64,000 nt of DNA from positions 1 through 64,000 of the forward strand of contig JBDRCC010000001.1 in assembly GCA_043822065.1 (NCBI GenBank). Direction: 5' to 3'. Positions 58,518 through 64,000 of the stretch are shown here, piece by piece (the stretch's first letter is position 1; every line of letters begins with the position of its first letter). Source of the DNA: an archaeon. Its GTDB lineage: Archaea > Undinarchaeota > CAZHTU01 > JBDRCC01. Both the position numbers and the translations under genes were made by a program. The notes beneath the pieces are model-generated. The model was not told the origin of the DNA, made no database searches, and saw only the letters and a program-made list of their open reading frames with translations.

Positions 58518-59455
58518 TGTACGGAATTCTGCTGGAAAAGGTGCATCCCGAGCTTCCTTTAGCTGAGGTAATAGCCCTGTGCGAAACCTGCGGATGCAGC
58601 GTCGTTGGCAGGGCGGACGACCTAGTTCTTGTAGATGGAAAGCTTGACTGGGGGCGGCTCGCGCTTAGCAAGCGGGTTTTCAAGATTGAGTATGTTGGCT
58701 CGGAGCGGCTTGAGGGCTTTAAGCGGATGCGGGCGGACAACTTTGCAGTAAGGACTGGCAAAAAGGCGCTTGACATCGAGATTGCAAAGAAAATAAAGGG
58801 AACGGTCAACCTCGGGAGCCCGAAGATGGTTTTCATAGGGGTGAAAAAGCGGAAGTTTTATTTTGGCAGGCAGGTGTTCGAGAGGGGAAGCTTTGAGTCG
58901 AGAAAGGGCAGGTACAGGGAGTACTCGAAGCCAATTTCAATCCACCCGAAGTTTGCAAGGTGCCTTGTCAATTTGGCAAGGGTAAGAACCGGGCAGAGGA
59001 TTCTTGACCCGTTCTGCGGCACTGGCGGAATCCTGATTGAGGCGTCGATGATGGGGCTGAAGGCTGTCGGGTACGATATCGACCCTGAGATGGTCGAGGG
59101 CACCAAGACAAACCTCAGAGGCCTTGGGCTAAAAGGCGTGGTGCTGCGGGGGGACGCCCGCAGGCTGACGGCTCCAAAAGTCAACGCAATTGTGACCGAT
59201 CCGCCATACGGGAGGTCTTCGAGCTTCACTGGAAGCGAGCTAAAAGACCTGTACCGGGACTCCCTGAAGAATATGGCTGGGCTGCTGAAGAATGGGGGGT
59301 ATCTCGCGATAATCTGCCCTGCGGAGATTGAGCTTGAGAAGATTGCGCCGCCGGGGCTGAAACTTGCAGAAAAATACTACCAGCGGGTGCACAAGAGCCT
59401 GGCTAAGAATTTCTACGTCTTTAGAGCAAGTAGTAGGCTGCAAAAGCCGCCATAG
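58517..59455 (+). CDS. tRNA m2G10 methyltransferase-like (Trm11)
   Basis: LVNLAR, LDPFCGTGGIL, TDPPYG, VHKSL; start at MYGILL. Confidence 0.82.
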   Translation: MYGILLEKVHPELPLAEVIALCETCGCSVVGRADDLVLVDGKLDWGRLALSKRVFKIEYVGSERLEGFKRMRADNFAVRTGKKALDIEIAKKIKGTVNLGSPKMVFIGVKKRKFYFGRQVFERGSFESRKGRYREYSKPISIHPKFARCLVNLARVRTGQRILDPFCGTGGILIEASMMGLKAVGYDIDPEMVEGTKTNLRGLGLKGVVLRGDARRLTAPKVNAIVTDPPYGRSSSFTGSELKDLYRDSLKNMAGLLKNGGYLAIICPAEIELEKIAPPGLKLAEKYYQRVHKSLAKNFYVFRASSRLQKPP

Positions 59456-59996
59456 GGACTGCCGTGTTTATTAAGGGGTAGAAGACCCAAACGGTGATAA
59501 TGCTTTTTATGTAGCCGATGGGCATGGTGACCCCGAGATATAAGCGCGGGAGGTAGAGGATTGACTGCTCGATGACGACTGCTATGGCGACGAGCTTGAC
59601 AAGGTTCCCATAGTGGTGGGTCAGAAAGACAAACGCGTAGACGGCAACTATCCATCCTATGAACCGCAGGAGGCACTTCAGGCCGTCGTCGACGTTGTTA
59701 AGCTGTATCCACCTTGCAACGTAGATGTTCAGGAATATGATTGGAATCGCCCATTTCGGCCCGAACCAAAAGGCGATGTAATATGGCGTATATGTCTGGA
59801 TGTCTATGGTGTGCGGGAGCTCGGGTATCTGCATTAGATAGCACTTCGTAGTTAGCCCAAGCCAGACAAGAAATGCGCCCACGCCCCACCTTGTGTCCCA
59901 CATAGAGGCTGCGAGGAAGAGGCAGACTGCAGTAATCCCAAAGTAGAGCCTCTCGGAGGTCTTGTTTTGGGACCATATTGAGACTGGGAATTTCAT
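59421..59996 (-). CDS. Hypothetical membrane protein
   Basis: 191 aa with several hydrophobic segments. Confidence 0.55.
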   Translation of the reverse strand: MKFPVSIWSQNKTSERLYFGITAVCLFLAASMWDTRWGVGAFLVWLGLTTKCYLMQIPELPHTIDIQTYTPYYIAFWFGPKWAIPIIFLNIYVARWIQLNNVDDGLKCLLRFIGWIVAVYAFVFLTHHYGNLVKLVAIAVVIEQSILYLPRLYLGVTMPIGYIKSIITVWVFYPLINTAVPMAAFAAYYLL

Positions 59997-60089
59997 ATTC
60001 TCCCGGAGTATGCTTAAGCCGGCAATCAGCTTAAACCCTGTGGCTGGAGCATAGAAGCCTATAAAAGTGAAAAACGGCTAAAAAAGCCC

Positions 60090-60992
60090 ATGTTTGAGGT
60101 ATTCTTTCTCGGCACCGGGGCTGCAATCCCATCGAAGGACAGGGGGCACACGACCATCGCTGTCAGGCGGAACGGCGAGATAACCCTCCTTGACTGCGGC
60201 GAGGGCGCACAGCGCGAGATGATAAAAAACGGCCTGAGCATCATGAAGGTCAGGCGCATACTCATAACCCACCTGCACGCGGACCATGCCGCCGGGCTTT
60301 TTTCCCTCCCGCAGAGCCTTTACCTGCTGAACAGGCGGGAGCCGCTCGACATCTACGGGCCGAAGGGCATAAAGTCGATGGGAACTGCATTCGAGAAGTT
60401 CTTCTTCTTTGAGCCGGACTATGCGATAAGGTACCACGAGCTGCCGGAGGAAGAGGCGCTTGTCTATTCCGACAGCGAGATTGAAATCAGGTCGGTCGGC
60501 GTCGAGCACAGCCTCCCGACGGTTGCATATTCCATAAGGGAGAAAGACAGGCTGCACCTGGACGCCAAGAAGGCGAACGGGCTTGGGGTGAAGCCTGGGC
60601 CGCTGAGGAAAAATCTGACGGACGGGAAGGACATAGTGGTCAACGGGAAAAAGGTAAGGTCGAAGGACGTGACCAAGCTTGAGAAGGGGCTGAAGATTTC
60701 GTATTCCGGGGACACCGCGCCCTGCCAGTCATTCAAGAAGCTTGCAAGGGATTCGGACCTGCTTATCCACGAGGCGACTTTCAGGGCGGAGAAGGAGGCA
60801 GAGTCCAAGGAGTACGGGCATTCGACTTCGGTCGGCGCGGCAAAGGTCGCGAAGGAGACGAATTCGAAAAAGCTTGCCCTTGTGCACATCAGCCCCAGGT
60901 ACGAGGAGCCCAAAGAGCTGGAGAAAGAGGCGAAAGCGGTGTTCAGGAACACGGTTGCCTCCAAAGACGGCATGAAGCTTGTGCTAAAATGA
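60090..60992 (+). CDS. rnz: Ribonuclease Z
   Basis: FLGTG, DCGEG, THLHADH, exosite GVKPGP, SGDT, HEAT, GHST, HISPRY. Confidence 0.96.
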   Translation: MFEVFFLGTGAAIPSKDRGHTTIAVRRNGEITLLDCGEGAQREMIKNGLSIMKVRRILITHLHADHAAGLFSLPQSLYLLNRREPLDIYGPKGIKSMGTAFEKFFFFEPDYAIRYHELPEEEALVYSDSEIEIRSVGVEHSLPTVAYSIREKDRLHLDAKKANGLGVKPGPLRKNLTDGKDIVVNGKKVRSKDVTKLEKGLKISYSGDTAPCQSFKKLARDSDLLIHEATFRAEKEAESKEYGHSTSVGAAKVAKETNSKKLALVHISPRYEEPKELEKEAKAVFRNTVASKDGMKLVLK

Positions 60993-61015
60993 AGCCGGAG
61001 CTTGAGGAAGAGTGA
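60989..61015 (+). pseudogene. Probable remnant of the original tyw1 5' end (MKPELEEE*)
   Basis: ATGA overlap with the rnz stop, host-like codons, ends where AT-rich sequence begins; ELEEE resembles ELQEA of the present Tyw1 N-terminus. Confidence 0.45.
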
Positions 61016-61093
61016 GTTTTCCTAAAGTATTACTGGCAATCTACTATCTCGAGACGTGTATAACTCATGAAACAAAAGAGTTATTAAAAGCTT

Positions 61094-62479
61094 ATGAGAT
61101 ATCCCATTCAGTTCGTTGCAAAAATATGTTACGATAAGAGGTCGCACTACTGCGTTGTTATGCCAAAGAAATTATGTGTAGACAACTCTCTGCACTCCGG
61201 TGACATTCTTAAGCTGAGAATCGGTGAAAAGACTATATTTGTAAAGTTAAAAAGACGGTGCAAATCACTTACATTTACTATTAGCGCTAAGATAGGTAGA
61301 ATGTTTGATACAAAGGAAAATGTTACAATTATGGAAAAGTTGGAACTTAGAAAACCTGATAGTGAGGATATTGTTTTTGAAGGGGGTAATGTAGACCTTT
61401 ATAGGTCACTGCCAATATACTCCACTAGAGCTAAATTAGAATGGAATTACTGTTTATTGGACGATTCTCTACTACTATGCATAGAACCTAAACATGTACG
61501 CGGAACGGAATTTAAATACATAATAGTTCCTCAGTACCTTGATGTCGAAAAGCTAGGTTTGATGTGTGGGTTGATCTTTTCTGATGGTTTCAAAAAATTT
61601 GGCTTTGAGGATTTCTATGGTGAAAAATGTAAGACTACTACTACGTTTCAATTCACCAATGGAGATCCTTGTGTAATAAAATTATTTACGACATTAACGA
61701 GAGATTTACTCGAGATAGAACCATCTGAGTACAACGGAAATTTGTCATTTCCGCAGAAACTTTCTGAAGAGAAGACAGATAAAATTAGAAGATTCTGGGA
61801 AGATTCTTATGGTGTTAGGATTAAGTTAATATCTTTTAGAGATACTAAGAATAATAAGTGTCCGTGGGGGATAGCTACTATTAGGATACATAAAATGGTA
61901 TTGGCAGAATTCGTCGTGAGTCTGCTCAGAAAATTGTTGAAGTGGACACTCTGCTCTCAAGACAAATTGGCGTACATTTTTAAGAAAGAGTTTATCAGAG
62001 GCGCATTAATAGGTGATGGCTCACCGATACTCGACAAAGGTGTATTGAGACGGTATATGATAAGTATCGAAACTAAAAAAGAGGGCGAACTTTACGTAGA
62101 ACTGCTGAATTCTCTTGGAATAGAATCTCGGCTGTTATGGACGAAAGATGAGAAGGTAGCACCATATTTGAGGAAGGTTGATCTGCGAGGAGAATATAAA
62201 TTCCTAGAAAAAATAGTTTATGCCTTTCCGCTTGGCATATTTATTAACGGCGACTTTTTAGGGTCTTTAGAGAAAGAACTAAAAGCGCTTCATGGATTGT
62301 TTCGACATTCTAAGTGCCATGTTAAAGATCACAAAAAGTTAATAGACCTTGCTGAGAAGATAGATGTGAGGTTTAAAGCTGATTTATATAAACTTAAAGA
62401 AGCTGGTATTCAACTCCCAAAAGTTTATGAGGAGTACTGCCTAAATAGAATACCATTGCCTATCAAAAGTAGAAAATAA
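61094..62479 (+). mobile_element. Free-standing double-motif LAGLIDADG homing endonuclease with AbrB-like N-terminus
   Basis: LMCGLIFSDG and FIRGALIGDG motifs, FQFTNGD; AT-rich; no intein or intron features seen. Confidence 0.75.
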
Positions 62480-62482
62480 GAG

Positions 62483-63406
62483 ATGTATAAAAGTTTTGCT
62501 GGAGAGTTACAAGAAGCATTGAAAAAGCAACACTATGGTATATTCGGTAAACATTCTGCCGTAAAAGTTTGCGAATGGACGAAAAAAAGTTTGACGGAGA
62601 ATAATGTATGTTATAAAGAATCCTTCTATAAAATAAAGAGCCACCAGTGCATGGAGATGACTCCTGCCGCCGGCTTCTGCAACTTCAGGTGCACGTACTG
62701 CTGGAGGAAGCACGAGCTGAACCAAGGTGCAGATATGGAGGGGATTAAGATAGACGAGCCGGCTGGCATTATTGACGGCCTTGTCCAGGAGCGGAAAAAG
62801 CTGCTTATCGGGTTCAAGGGGAATGATAAGGTTGACCAAAAAAAGCTGCAGGAGGCGATGAGCCCGAAGCACGCCGCGATTTCGCTGACGGGGGAGCCTA
62901 CGCTTTACCCGAAGATTGGGGAGATGATTGATGAGTTCCATAAGAGGAAGATGACGACGTATTTGGTTACGAACTGCTCGCGGCCGGATGTGCTTGAAAA
63001 AATACCGGAGCCGACCCAGCTGTACCTGAGCGTGACATCGCCGACTGAGGAGGCATTCAAGCGGATTAATGTTCCGCTGGAACGGGGCGCCTGGAGTAAG
63101 GTGCAAAAGACGCTGGAGCTTGTGCCGAGCTTCTCATGCCCGACCGTGATGCGGCTGACCATGATTGCAGGGCACAACATGGGCTTGGGCAGGGAGTTCG
63201 CGAAGGTCGTCAGCAGGGCTCAGCCGAGGTATGTGGAGGTAAAAAGCTTTATGCTGATTGGCGGGGCGAGGCACAGGAACCTGACCCTGGACAACATGCC
63301 GAAGCATGAGGAGCTCAGGGAATTCTCAAGGAAGCTTGCGGAAGAGACATCATATAGTATTAAGGACGAAAAGGCAGACTCGAGAGTAGTGCTACTTAGC
63401 AAGTGA
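62483..63406 (+). CDS. taw1: 4-demethylwyosine synthase Tyw1/Taw1
   Basis: HSAVKVCEW, CYK..FY.IKSHQC, CNFRCTYCWR, SLTGEPTLY, SRVVLL. Confidence 0.95.
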   Translation: MYKSFAGELQEALKKQHYGIFGKHSAVKVCEWTKKSLTENNVCYKESFYKIKSHQCMEMTPAAGFCNFRCTYCWRKHELNQGADMEGIKIDEPAGIIDGLVQERKKLLIGFKGNDKVDQKKLQEAMSPKHAAISLTGEPTLYPKIGEMIDEFHKRKMTTYLVTNCSRPDVLEKIPEPTQLYLSVTSPTEEAFKRINVPLERGAWSKVQKTLELVPSFSCPTVMRLTMIAGHNMGLGREFAKVVSRAQPRYVEVKSFMLIGGARHRNLTLDNMPKHEELREFSRKLAEETSYSIKDEKADSRVVLLSK

Positions 63407-63429
63407 GCAGCTGGGGCTGCCAGATTTTT

Positions 63430-63546
63430 TGGTGTATGTTTGGTGTAGGTTGGTGTATGTTCACCTACACCAGCATTTTACCTACACCAACCTATTTTTC
63501 AGGATATGGGGGTGTAGTTTGTGTAGTTAGTGCAGTTAGTGTAGTT
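63430..63546. repeat. Short direct and inverted GTGTAG-type repeats
   Basis: TGGTGTA(T/G)GT x3, ACCTACACCA x2 (reverse complement), GTG(T/C)AGTT x4 at 9 nt spacing. Confidence 0.7.
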
Positions 63547-64000
63547 ATGCGCCTTTAAGCCCCTATAGTGCTATAGTGCAGTAGCGATTTCTTGCTGCGG
63601 CACGCCAGCCAAACGCCCGGTCCGGGCGCCATTTGCCGGCTTGGCTGCGCAGGTGCGGAAACGCCTATCATGCGGGCGCAGCCCGCATGAACGTCCCCCC
63701 CGATAATATGGGGAGCTTTGCTCCCCTAGATTTGATTGTTAGGCTCGCGGCGCGCGCGGCCAGGCGGGCGCTGGCGCTTATGAAAAACCTGGGAATTTGG
63801 CGCCCGAAGCGCGCTTTTGGAAGCCGGGCGGAAGGTGCAAATACAATTTTACGTAAATATATTTACGGAAGAAAATTAACAACGAAATAATTAGGTGGAT
63901 TTTGTCAGATCGATGTCGCCTCTTCATCGCCCGAAGATGCAGCAGGCATGATGGGCATCAGTGGGTGTACACGTCGTCATCCAAAACCCATTATGTTTTG

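Noticed and set aside
61094-62479. Intein or group I intron in tyw1/rnz
   Set aside because: The ORF has its own start and stop and no C/S...HN splice termini, and tyw1 downstream is complete with its own ATG. A BHB intron was not evident but was not excluded computationally.
63430-63546. CRISPR array
   Set aside because: Units are 9-10 nt, in both orientations, without unique spacers.
63633-63890. 85 aa ORF
   Set aside because: TTG start, Ala/Arg-rich translation of palindromic DNA, no recognisable motifs.

Overview
Gene-dense archaeal chromosome segment, most likely from a DPANN-type or related small-genome archaeon (inferred from gene content; not proven). Most of it is GC-rich core: fen, proC-proS-psmB-aCPSF1-nfnAB, rpl40e, pyrG, glmS, HARP, Rnl3, HMGS-thiolase-DUF35, argS, a polar-lipid headgroup cluster, arcE-like/arcC/arcB, cca, class II HMGR, lig, rpe-tkt-tal, trm11, rnz, tyw1 and four tRNAs (Pro-CGG, Arg-GCG, Arg-TCG, intron-containing Arg-TCT). 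Three visibly AT-rich inserts interrupt it: a Fic gene, a LAGLIDADG gene and a ~7.8 kb island at ~47.7-55.4 kb. The island looks like an undescribed archaeal RiPP cluster. It holds two B12-dependent radical SAMs, a SPASM radical SAM, a SelO-like enzyme, an M29 aminopeptidase and two paralogous small precursor-like peptides (one absent from the ORF track), next to an ABC exporter. The free-standing LAGLIDADG gene appears to have displaced the 5' end of tyw1 and supplied its own AT-rich replacement. Two tRNA-Arg genes each carry a related 72-85 bp mini-insert flanked by a duplication of their own 3' end.
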